Shown here in pieces: positions 56,150 through 64,000 of a DNA stretch of 64,000 nucleotides. The number at the start of each line of letters is the position of its first letter. Position 1 is the stretch's first letter. The position numbers and the translations under genes were made by a program. The DNA is from an uncultured bacterium (GTDB lineage Bacteria; Fidelibacterota; Marinisomatia; Marinisomatales; TCS55), in assembly GCA_964442015.1 (NCBI GenBank), contig CAYTYA010000001.1, positions 520-64,519 of the forward strand, read 5' to 3'. Below the pieces are notes generated by a model. That model did no database searches. It saw only the letters and a program-made list of their open reading frames with translations, and was not told the DNA's origin.

Positions 56150-57603
56150 AGAACACACTAAGCCGATTACTTAGAGAAGTTGTTAAAGTTGATAATATCC
56201 CAAATATTCCTATATCTGGGATATCAACAAACTCAGTAAACATTAATCCTGGTGAACTGTATATAGCTATAAAGGGTAATAAATTTGACGGACATACTTT
56301 TATTCCTGAAGCAATAAAAAATGGTGCAGCTGCTGTGATCACAGATAAGAGTTTTATTGAAGAGTTACCAATTCCAAAAATAAATGTAACAAATCCTCGT
56401 AAAGAAGTATCACGAATTGCAGCAGAATTTTATAATCATCCAACAAAAAGAATGGTCGTAGTTGGAATTACGGGTACTAACGGAAAAACGTCTATAGCTT
56501 CCTTGCTAACATCTATACTTAATACTGCAGGGAATAAAACAGCCCAAATTGGAACGCTAGGATTTATTGCAGAAGGATATTCAAAAAATAAATCTCTTAC
56601 GACACCTGATCCTATAACCCTTCATGAAAATTTGCACAATCTTTGTGATGATGGATTTACTCATATTGTAATGGAGGCAAGTTCGCATGCATTAGATCAA
56701 TATCGAATAAATGATATAGATTTTAATTTCACAGTCTTCACTAATCTATACCCTGAACATCTTGATTATCATGGTACGATAGAAAACTATTTTGAAGCAA
56801 AGGTAAAGCTATTCACATCATATCCTAATTCATCTGCTGCAGTAATAAATATTGATAATGAATATGGTAGAAAAATAGCTGATAGATGTACTGTACCTGT
56901 TATAAGCACATCTATGTTTTCGGAAACAGACATTTCTTTCTTGAATTATAATATATCTCTAAATGGTCTTCATGGAATTATACAGGCAGGGAAAATATCA
57001 TATAATATTAAATCTTCAATGATTGGGGCGTTCAATGCAGAAAATGTCCTTTGCGCAACAGCCACAAGTAACACGATGGGCGTTAGTAAAAAAGCTATTG
57101 AAAAAGGAATAGAATTATGTACATCAATTCCAGGACGTATGGAAACATTCCCTCTACGTTCTGGAGGAAATGCTTTAGTTGATTATGCTCATACGCCTGA
57201 TGCATATGAAAAAGTCCTTAGCACTATTAAGGAAATAATGATTGATGCTAAAGCAAATATTTATATTGTATTTGGATGTGGTGGTAATAGAGATATATCA
57301 AAAAGATCTCTAATGGCTGCAATAGCAGAAAAGTATGCAATGCATATTTTTGTTACTCCAGATAACCCCAGATATGAAAAGCTTCATAAAATAAATAAAG
57401 ATATTGTGAGTGGATTTAAAAAAAATAATTTTGACGTTTTTGATGATAGAGAAATAGGGCTTAGAGCAGCATTAGATATTACGTTAAAGAATGATATTGT
57501 TATTATTTTTGGAAAAGGACGCGAAGAGTATCAAGAAGTCGATGGAGAACTTATTTCATATTCAGATATAAAAATTATAAATGAGTATTCTTATGAGAAT
57601 TAG
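56146..57603 (+). CDS. murE: UDP-N-acetylmuramoyl-L-alanyl-D-glutamate--2,6-diaminopimelate ligase
   Basis: GITGTNGKTS P-loop and a DNPR motif (TPDNPRYE) consistent with meso-DAP specificity. I chose the ATG at 56146, which overlaps the ftsI stop as ATGA; the track alternative is 56128. Confidence 0.9.
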   Translation: MKNTLSRLLREVVKVDNIPNIPISGISTNSVNINPGELYIAIKGNKFDGHTFIPEAIKNGAAAVITDKSFIEELPIPKINVTNPRKEVSRIAAEFYNHPTKRMVVVGITGTNGKTSIASLLTSILNTAGNKTAQIGTLGFIAEGYSKNKSLTTPDPITLHENLHNLCDDGFTHIVMEASSHALDQYRINDIDFNFTVFTNLYPEHLDYHGTIENYFEAKVKLFTSYPNSSAAVINIDNEYGRKIADRCTVPVISTSMFSETDISFLNYNISLNGLHGIIQAGKISYNIKSSMIGAFNAENVLCATATSNTMGVSKKAIEKGIELCTSIPGRMETFPLRSGGNALVDYAHTPDAYEKVLSTIKEIMIDAKANIYIVFGCGGNRDISKRSLMAAIAEKYAMHIFVTPDNPRYEKLHKINKDIVSGFKKNNFDVFDDREIGLRAALDITLKNDIVIIFGKGREEYQEVDGELISYSDIKIINEYSYEN

Positions 57604-58927
57604 CTTACCAGATCCTACTCAATTTGAAGTTGTATTCCGCTCAGTAACTGGTCATACAATACCAATGGTTGGGGGAATAACTACTGATAGCAGAGAATGT
57701 CGACCTGGAGATTTATATATTGCTATTCACGGTGAGAATGTTGATGGTCATGACTTTATTGATAATGCAGTTGATAATGGCGCAAAGGTTGTTGTAGTTG
57801 AGAAACATATTGAAACAAATGCATATAAAGTTTTAGTAAATAATTCTGTAGAAGCTATAAGCGCAGTTGCATCTTCTTGGCGAAATCAATTTGATATACC
57901 GATTATAGCTATAACAGGTTCGAATGGCAAAACATCTACAAAAGAATTATTACGTCATGTATTAAACGCCCAATTTGCCGTTCATGCGACAGAAGGGAAT
58001 TATAATACTTCAATTGGTTTGCCCCTTACCTTATTCCAAATGATGCAAGCTCATTCAATAAGCATTTTAGAAATGGGAGCTAATCAACCAGGTGATATAG
58101 GTGCTTTATGTAGCATTGCTAATCCAACTCATGGTCTAATTACGAATATAGCACCTGCTCATCTTGAAGGATTTGGATCTATTGATGAAGTAGCACATAC
58201 AAAAGCTGCCCTATTTAGAGCTATGAGTGATAAAGGAATTGGATTTGTCAATCTAACAGATCCACATATAGCAAAAATGAAACTACCAAAGAATTCAATA
58301 ACTTATGGAATAACTACTGACTGTGATTATCCGGCTGATATTCATACCGAGGATGACGGAACGCTTTCTTTAACCATATCCACAAAGGATATTTTTACTG
58401 GTTCAAGCAATTTTTCATTTGCAAAAAATATCATTGCTTGTGCAGCTATCGCAGATACTTTAAATATTTCGTGGGAATTATTTCAAGATAGAATATCCAC
58501 ATTCCAACCTCCTCCTGGAAGATGTGAAATAAAAAAATCAAAAAACATGACATTCATCGATGATACATATAATGCAAATCTTGAATCAACAATTGCAGCA
58601 ATAGACTATTTAACTGGTTTCTCAGGAAACGGAAGGAGAATTTTAATTTTTGGAGACATGTTTGAACTTGGCAAGGAATCCAGAAATCAACATATCAAGG
58701 TAGGAAAAAAATGCGCTGAGTCAGATCTTGATCTTGTATATACTGTAGGAAATGAAACTGAAGCAACTAATGAATCAATATCGAGCGGCCCAAGCCATAT
58801 GCATTTTAATAATAAAGAAGAATTGATAGAAAGATTAAGAAATGAAGTATTGGATGGAGATAAAATTTTAGTAAAAGGATCAAGAGGTATGGCCATGGAA
58901 ACTATTATAGAAACATTAATGAAATAA
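57581..58927 (+). CDS. murF: UDP-N-acetylmuramoyl-tripeptide--D-alanyl-D-alanine ligase
   Basis: ITGSNGKTSTKE P-loop, Mur ligase central and C-terminal domains, and its position after murE. The start could instead be 57593. Confidence 0.85.
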   Translation: MSILMRISLPDPTQFEVVFRSVTGHTIPMVGGITTDSRECRPGDLYIAIHGENVDGHDFIDNAVDNGAKVVVVEKHIETNAYKVLVNNSVEAISAVASSWRNQFDIPIIAITGSNGKTSTKELLRHVLNAQFAVHATEGNYNTSIGLPLTLFQMMQAHSISILEMGANQPGDIGALCSIANPTHGLITNIAPAHLEGFGSIDEVAHTKAALFRAMSDKGIGFVNLTDPHIAKMKLPKNSITYGITTDCDYPADIHTEDDGTLSLTISTKDIFTGSSNFSFAKNIIACAAIADTLNISWELFQDRISTFQPPPGRCEIKKSKNMTFIDDTYNANLESTIAAIDYLTGFSGNGRRILIFGDMFELGKESRNQHIKVGKKCAESDLDLVYTVGNETEATNESISSGPSHMHFNNKEELIERLRNEVLDGDKILVKGSRGMAMETIIETLMK

Positions 58928-60030
58928 TGCTTTACGAACTTCTATTACCACTTAAAACCTATTATTCTCCTTTGAATTTATTTCAATACATTACTTTTCG
59001 ATCAGCATCTGCTGCAATCGTAGCTTTGTTTATAAGCTTCCTCATCGGGCCCTGGATTATCCACAAACTGCGTTTTCATCAAATAGGTGAAGAAATACGT
59101 TCATCCGGACCCGAATCACACCTCGTGAAGAAGGGCACGCCAACTATGGGGGGGATCATAATTCTAGGATCTGTGATCCTCCCAACCCTTCTCTTTGCTG
59201 ATCTATCTAATACATTTATTCAAATAATTCTATTATCATTGATCTGGATGGGAATCATAGGCTTTTTGGATGATTATCTGAAAGTTATTAAAAAGTATGA
59301 AAAAGGTTTAATTGCAAAATATAAATTGATTGGACAGATATCGCTTGGTGTAGTAATTAGTTTCTGGCTTTATAATATTACCGGATATCAAGATATAGTA
59401 TCTTCCTCAAGTATACCATTTCTAAAGAATTATGAAATAGACTTTGGATTATTTTATCCATTTATAATTATTCTTGTAATAACAGGCACATCTAATGCAG
59501 TGAATTTAACAGATGGATTGGATGGCTTAGCTGCTGGATTATTAGCTATTTCTTTTTCTGTTTTTTCAGCAATTGCTTACATAAGTGGTAGAGTTGATTT
59601 TTCAGATTATTTAAATATAATGTATTTACCTGGTGCAGGAGAATTGACTGTTTTCACTGCTGCTATTACTGGTGCTTGCATTGGTTATTTATGGTTTAAT
59701 GCAAGCCCAGCAGAAGTGTTCATGGGCGATATAGGATCATTATCTACCGGGGCAGCGTTAGGTACATTAGCAGTATTACTTAAGAAAGAACTATTATTAG
59801 CAATTATTGGAGGAGTTTTTGTTTGGGAAGCTGTCAGTGTAATGATCCAAGTAAGCTATTTCAGATGGACTAAGCATCGATCTGGAAAAGGAAAAAGATT
59901 CTTTAAAATGGCTCCTATTCATCATCATTTTGAACTGAAAGGATGGCCAGAATCACGTGTAGTTATTCGATTTTGGATTATAGGAATACTATTAGCTCTT
60001 TTTTCACTAACAACATTTAAGATAAGATAA
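58927..60030 (+). CDS. mraY: phospho-N-acetylmuramoyl-pentapeptide transferase
   Basis: GTPTMGGIIIL, NAVNLTDGLDGLA, MGDIGSL and PIHHHFE motifs. Confidence 0.95.
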   Translation: MLYELLLPLKTYYSPLNLFQYITFRSASAAIVALFISFLIGPWIIHKLRFHQIGEEIRSSGPESHLVKKGTPTMGGIIILGSVILPTLLFADLSNTFIQIILLSLIWMGIIGFLDDYLKVIKKYEKGLIAKYKLIGQISLGVVISFWLYNITGYQDIVSSSSIPFLKNYEIDFGLFYPFIIILVITGTSNAVNLTDGLDGLAAGLLAISFSVFSAIAYISGRVDFSDYLNIMYLPGAGELTVFTAAITGACIGYLWFNASPAEVFMGDIGSLSTGAALGTLAVLLKKELLLAIIGGVFVWEAVSVMIQVSYFRWTKHRSGKGKRFFKMAPIHHHFELKGWPESRVVIRFWIIGILLALFSLTTFKIR

Positions 60031-61412
60031 TGATGATACAAGACCGCGATAATATAGATATAAAAGGAAAAAATGTAGTTATACTCGGTCTTGGTCTCAG
60101 TGGAGTGGCAGCTGCATCGTTGGCTGTACATAAAGGAGCTCATGTTTTTGTTAGTGATCAAAACAATTCACAGGATTTGATTGATTCGTTAGAAGAATTA
60201 AAAACATTAAATATAAATGGTGAATTAGGAAAACATAGCCACCAAATATATGAGGCTGATCTTTGGATAATATCTCCTGGAATCGCTCAAGATTCAGAAT
60301 TAATTGTAAAAGCTAAAGAAAACAATATTCCGATTATTAGTGAAATAGAATTTGCCAGTTGGTTTACAGAATCCCCAATTATAGCCATAACAGGTAGTAA
60401 TGGTAAAACTACTACTGCTCATATCCTTGAAGAGATGGCGCAAACTAATGAAATTCACGGGCTTTTAGCAGGAAATGTAGGTATCCCCTTCTCCCATATG
60501 GTATTAAATGATTTAAATAGCCCAAACGCTAATAGAGTTTGGGTTCTAGAGATTTCAAGTTTCCAAATGGAATTTATTATTCACTTTAAACCGTTCATTT
60601 CAATATTTCTAAATATTTCTCCAGATCACTTAAATAGATACACATCAATGAGAGAATATATATCAGCCAAAATGAATATGTGGTCAAATCAGACTAAAGA
60701 AGATTTTATTGTATATAATGCAAATGACAATATATTGGTAGAGGAAATTGCGGAGTCCACCTCTAGAAAAATCGCTTTCGGGCTAAATTATCATCCGGAG
60801 GCGATTTTTCAACCAAATAAAACAAAAATATATAATGAAAAGCACGCCACGCTTATCGAGATGGATGAAATATCATTGCCTGGAAAACATAATTTATCTA
60901 ATGCATTGGCTGCTTCTACTGCAGCTCATTTAATTGGTATTCCAAATAATAAGATTTGTTCAGTTCTATCTACTTTTTCAGGTGTGCCACATAGATTGGA
61001 AAAAGTAGCTGAAATAAATAATGTTACATATATAAATGACTCTAAAGCCACAAACTTAGATGCTGTTAGTGTGGCATTACAAAGCTTCTCACAGCCCATT
61101 ATCCTTCTCTTAGGAGGCGTAGATAAGGGCAGTGATTTTCGATCACTCCTTCCTCATACCCACAAGTACCTCAAAACAGTGATCGCTTTCGGGCAAGCTA
61201 AGGAGTTAATACTCCTTGCTTTTGGGGATGCGGTAAGATCTACCTCGGCAATGGATCTTAATAAAGCTCTAACCCTTGCCCAGAACTACAGCCAACCTGG
61301 AGATATAATTTTATTGTCTCCAGGTTGCGCTAGTTTCGACCAATTTGACAATTTTGAGCATCGTGGTGATCATTTTAGAGACTTGGTTAATTCTATGGTA
61401 ATAATTCAATGA
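60030..61412 (+). CDS. murD: UDP-N-acetylmuramoylalanine--D-glutamate ligase
   Basis: N-terminal Rossmann fold (VVILGLGLSGVAAA), ITGSNGKTTT P-loop and DSKATN motif. Confidence 0.9.
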   Translation: MMIQDRDNIDIKGKNVVILGLGLSGVAAASLAVHKGAHVFVSDQNNSQDLIDSLEELKTLNINGELGKHSHQIYEADLWIISPGIAQDSELIVKAKENNIPIISEIEFASWFTESPIIAITGSNGKTTTAHILEEMAQTNEIHGLLAGNVGIPFSHMVLNDLNSPNANRVWVLEISSFQMEFIIHFKPFISIFLNISPDHLNRYTSMREYISAKMNMWSNQTKEDFIVYNANDNILVEEIAESTSRKIAFGLNYHPEAIFQPNKTKIYNEKHATLIEMDEISLPGKHNLSNALAASTAAHLIGIPNNKICSVLSTFSGVPHRLEKVAEINNVTYINDSKATNLDAVSVALQSFSQPIILLLGGVDKGSDFRSLLPHTHKYLKTVIAFGQAKELILLAFGDAVRSTSAMDLNKALTLAQNYSQPGDIILLSPGCASFDQFDNFEHRGDHFRDLVNSMVIIQ

Positions 61413-62563
61413 AATATATTGATGTAATAACAAAAAAATATGATCATTATTTATTAGTAGGTGTTGTTCTCCTATGCGTAATTGGAACTGTCATGTTATT
61501 TAGTGCAAGTAACTCAATATCTTTGGATCAATCCCAAAGAGCAACAGCAACCATTTATTTACAAGCACATCTAAAAAGGCTATTAATAGGCATCTTTTTT
61601 ATGTTTGCTGTAATGATGTTTGATTATCGTTATTTAAAAAATGTTTCAAAATATTTATTAATAGGCTCGATCGTTTTGTTGCTTTCTACTAAAATTAGTT
61701 ATTGGATTCAAGGGAATAATTCTCCAGCAAGATGGTTGTATATTGGGGGGTTTTCGATTCAAACATCAGATATAGCAAGACTTTCTATAATTATTTATTT
61801 AGCAGCATTTATAGATCATTATCGAGAAAAAATAAAAGATTTTTACAATGGATTTGCAATGCTCATTGGCATCCTCGCATTAATAATGGGATTAATAGTA
61901 ATTCAGCCTGATTTTAGTACTGCAGCTATGATTGGATTAATCGGTTTTATGATGTTATTTATTGGTGGTGCAAAAATTTCTCATTTAACTGCAACTGGAG
62001 CCGTTTCAATGATGGTCCTTATTCCAATTATGTTAATGAAACCATATCGAATGCAAAGAGTTTTAACTTTTTTTTATGGAGAGTCTGCTGGAATTCAGGA
62101 GTCCTACCAAATAAAACAATCATTAATCAGTCTAGGTAATGGAGGTTTTATGGGTTTAGGATTGGGAAATAGTTTAGGAAAGAACTTGTTTCTTCCTACT
62201 CCCCATACAGATTTTATTTTTGCTATAATTGGTGAGGAACTTGGGCTAATAGGTACAATATTTATCTTATCAACTTTTATATTTATTTTCCAAAGAGGAA
62301 TTAAAATAGCTAAAGAAAGTACAGATACTTTCGGTATTCTTTTAGCAATAGGGATCAGTTTTAATTTTATACTTTACGGATTTATAAATGCAGCAGTAGT
62401 TACTGGTGTTGTTCCCACTACTGGATTACCAATGCCATTTATTAGTTATGGAGGCTCTGGTCTATTAATCAATCTAGTTAGTATGGGAATATTGCTTAAC
62501 ATAAGTCAGGCAAAAAGATCTTTAATTCATAAAGGTGGCTGGAGTCCAAGGGTGTATGGATGA
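61409..62563 (+). CDS. ftsW: peptidoglycan glycosyltransferase FtsW (SEDS family)
   Basis: 384-aa polytopic protein with QPDFSTAAM, HTDFIFAIIGEELG and PFISYGGSGLL motifs. Confidence 0.9.
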   Translation: MKYIDVITKKYDHYLLVGVVLLCVIGTVMLFSASNSISLDQSQRATATIYLQAHLKRLLIGIFFMFAVMMFDYRYLKNVSKYLLIGSIVLLLSTKISYWIQGNNSPARWLYIGGFSIQTSDIARLSIIIYLAAFIDHYREKIKDFYNGFAMLIGILALIMGLIVIQPDFSTAAMIGLIGFMMLFIGGAKISHLTATGAVSMMVLIPIMLMKPYRMQRVLTFFYGESAGIQESYQIKQSLISLGNGGFMGLGLGNSLGKNLFLPTPHTDFIFAIIGEELGLIGTIFILSTFIFIFQRGIKIAKESTDTFGILLAIGISFNFILYGFINAAVVTGVVPTTGLPMPFISYGGSGLLINLVSMGILLNISQAKRSLIHKGGWSPRVYG

Positions 62564-63656
62564 GGAGATTCATATAATGATTGCTGGAGGAGGAACTGGG
62601 GGACATCTTTACCCTGCATTAGCAATAGGTGAAGAGATTATGAAACGAACTAATAAAGTAAAAGTACATTATATTGGTTCAGAGTTTGGCTTAGAAGCAA
62701 AGATACTCCCAAATAAAGGATTACCTCATACACTGTTACCGATTAGTGGCTTTCAGAGATCTTTAACTATAAATAATATTTTAAAGAATTTGGCTTTATG
62801 TATTCGAATACCATTATCTATCAAAAAAATTAAATCTTTATTTGACAAGATGGATCCCAAAGTTGTTATTGGTACCGGGGGATATGCTAGTGCTATACCT
62901 ATAAAAGTTGGAATAAAAAGAAACATACCTACTATGATCCAAGAGCAAAATTCTTATCCAGGTTTAACGACAAGGTTATTTGCTAAAAAAGCAACTACGG
63001 TATTTGCAGGTTCAGAAGACTCTAATATTTATCTAGATACTGAAATAAATGTAACTGGAAATCCTACTCGAAATGGAATTGAGAAAGGATCAAAAGAATT
63101 AGGATTTGAAATTTTCCAATTAAACAGTTCTCTACAAACTATATTTCTATTTGGTGGAAGCCAAGGTTCTGTGCCTCTTAATAAAGCTATGCATTCAATA
63201 TTGAATATATTTGAAGAAAATAATATCCAACTCTTATGGCAAACAGGTGAAAAGAATTATAATAGTTTAAAAAACCTTGAAACTGAAAGAATTAAAATTA
63301 AACCATATATAAAAGAAATGAATCTTGCATACGCGATCAGCGATCTTGTTATTTCAAGAGCTGGTGCGTTGACTTTGTCTGAGTTATTGGTCTGCGGTAT
63401 GCCTAGCATCCTCCTCCCCCTTCCTACCGCTACCGCGGACCATCAGACTAAAAATGCAAAGACTATCGTTCAAGCAGGTGCTGCAATTATGATAGATCAA
63501 CATAATATGGATAATAATATTCTTAAGAATACAGTTCTCGAACTAATTAATGATAAAGATAAATTATCTAAGATGAGGAAAAATGCACTTCAATTGGCAA
63601 AGCCAAACGCTACAAATAATATTGTAAAAAATATATTAGAGGTCGCCCAAATATAA
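62556..63656 (+). CDS. murG: undecaprenyldiphospho-muramoylpentapeptide beta-N-acetylglucosaminyltransferase
   Basis: GGGTGGHLYPALAIGEE N-terminal motif and a C-terminal RAGALTLSELL...DHQTKNA. I chose the ATG at 62556, which overlaps the ftsW stop; alternatives are 62535 or 62577. Confidence 0.9.
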   Translation: MDEEIHIMIAGGGTGGHLYPALAIGEEIMKRTNKVKVHYIGSEFGLEAKILPNKGLPHTLLPISGFQRSLTINNILKNLALCIRIPLSIKKIKSLFDKMDPKVVIGTGGYASAIPIKVGIKRNIPTMIQEQNSYPGLTTRLFAKKATTVFAGSEDSNIYLDTEINVTGNPTRNGIEKGSKELGFEIFQLNSSLQTIFLFGGSQGSVPLNKAMHSILNIFEENNIQLLWQTGEKNYNSLKNLETERIKIKPYIKEMNLAYAISDLVISRAGALTLSELLVCGMPSILLPLPTATADHQTKNAKTIVQAGAAIMIDQHNMDNNILKNTVLELINDKDKLSKMRKNALQLAKPNATNNIVKNILEVAQI

Positions 63657-64000
63657 ATGTTCAGACATGTAAAAAAATTGCATTTTGTAGGTATCGGCGG
63701 TATTGGAATGAGCGGTATAGCTGAATTGCTTTTAAACCAAGAATTTAAAATAACAGGGTCTGACATAAATGATTCAAAAGTAATTCAAAACTTGAAAGAT
63801 AAAGGTGCAGAAATTTCTCAGGGACATGATGCTAACAATCTAACCGATGCAGATGTGTTAGTCTATTCTAGTGCTGTAAATGAAGACAATCCAGAAATTA
63901 TTGCTGCACTTAAAAAAAATATTCCCATTATACGCAGAGCAGAAATGCTTGGCGAATTAATAGCCTTAAAAGAAACAAGTATTGGCGTAGCAGGTACACA
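63657..64000 (+). CDS. murC: UDP-N-acetylmuramate--L-alanine ligase (5' part, continues beyond window)
   Basis: My translation from the ATG at 63657 is MFRHVKKLHFVGIGGIGMSGIAELLLNQEFKITGSD..., the canonical MurC N-terminus. It runs off the right edge. Confidence 0.85.
   Translation, partial: MFRHVKKLHFVGIGGIGMSGIAELLLNQEFKITGSDINDSKVIQNLKDKGAEISQGHDANNLTDADVLVYSSAVNEDNPEIIAALKKNIPIIRRAEMLGELIALKETSIGVAGT

Noticed and set aside
1-64000. Window-wide look for selenoprotein genes (ORFs split by in-frame TGA), CRISPR arrays, IS elements or integrases, toxin-antitoxin pairs, defence genes, and rRNA or other structured RNAs in gaps
   Set aside because: Every sizeable ORF is contiguous with family-typical length. 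All intergenic gaps are under 200 nt and AT-rich, without repeats or GC-rich structure, apart from the TPP element and the selC region. Nothing found supports such features.

Overview
This is an AT-rich, very gene-dense bacterial chromosomal segment. I call about 56 protein genes, one tRNA and one riboswitch. Intergenic DNA is almost absent and many neighbouring genes overlap by 1-11 nt. All homology calls come from motifs I recognise by eye in the supplied translations or in my own translation of the strand; no searches were run.

Layout:
- 1-19 kb: mixed-strand housekeeping and transport genes. These are a DUF1343/NamZ-like gene (truncated by the left edge), a DASS permease, alr, an ABC-2 exporter, polA, arfB, a TonB-dependent receptor preceded by a TPP riboswitch, a divergent OPT transporter overlapping add, a double-propeller T9SS-CTD protein, and an M50 protease.
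- 19-47 kb: one uninterrupted minus-strand run. It holds aconitase, serA, a sigma-70 factor, an M23 peptidase, miaB, a lapA/lapB-like pair, SPOR proteins, tRNA-Sec, an HMGL-like gene, a possible glycan-use block (SSF symporter, Gfo/Idh/MocA, esterase, GMC oxidoreductase, opposite a GH5 mannanase-like gene), secreted repeat proteins, oligopeptidase B, an aldehyde dehydrogenase, and two tandem paralogs of unknown function.
- 47-64 kb: plus-strand PorU-like C25 peptidase, maf, a rodZ-like gene, then a canonical dcw cluster mraZ-rsmH-ftsL-ftsI-murE-murF-mraY-murD-ftsW-murG-murC (murC truncated by the right edge).

Envelope genes indicate a diderm with type IX secretion: a TonB receptor, LapA/B-like proteins, an OM-barrel-like C-terminus, and T9SS C-terminal sorting domains. 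TGA is used as a normal stop, so the code is standard.

I saw no rRNA, CRISPR array, transposase, integrase, prophage or recognisable defence genes, and I cannot point to a convincing undescribed multi-gene system. The observations most worth follow-up are:
1. The TPP riboswitch fused to the start codon of a TonB-dependent receptor, with a divergent OPT-add operon.
2. A tandem pair of paralogs sharing an unrecognised ~130-aa domain, one of them with an OM-barrel-like tail.
3. A tRNA-Sec gene with no sel genes nearby.
4. PorU-like and PorZ-like T9SS attachment-complex candidates lying in separate housekeeping contexts.
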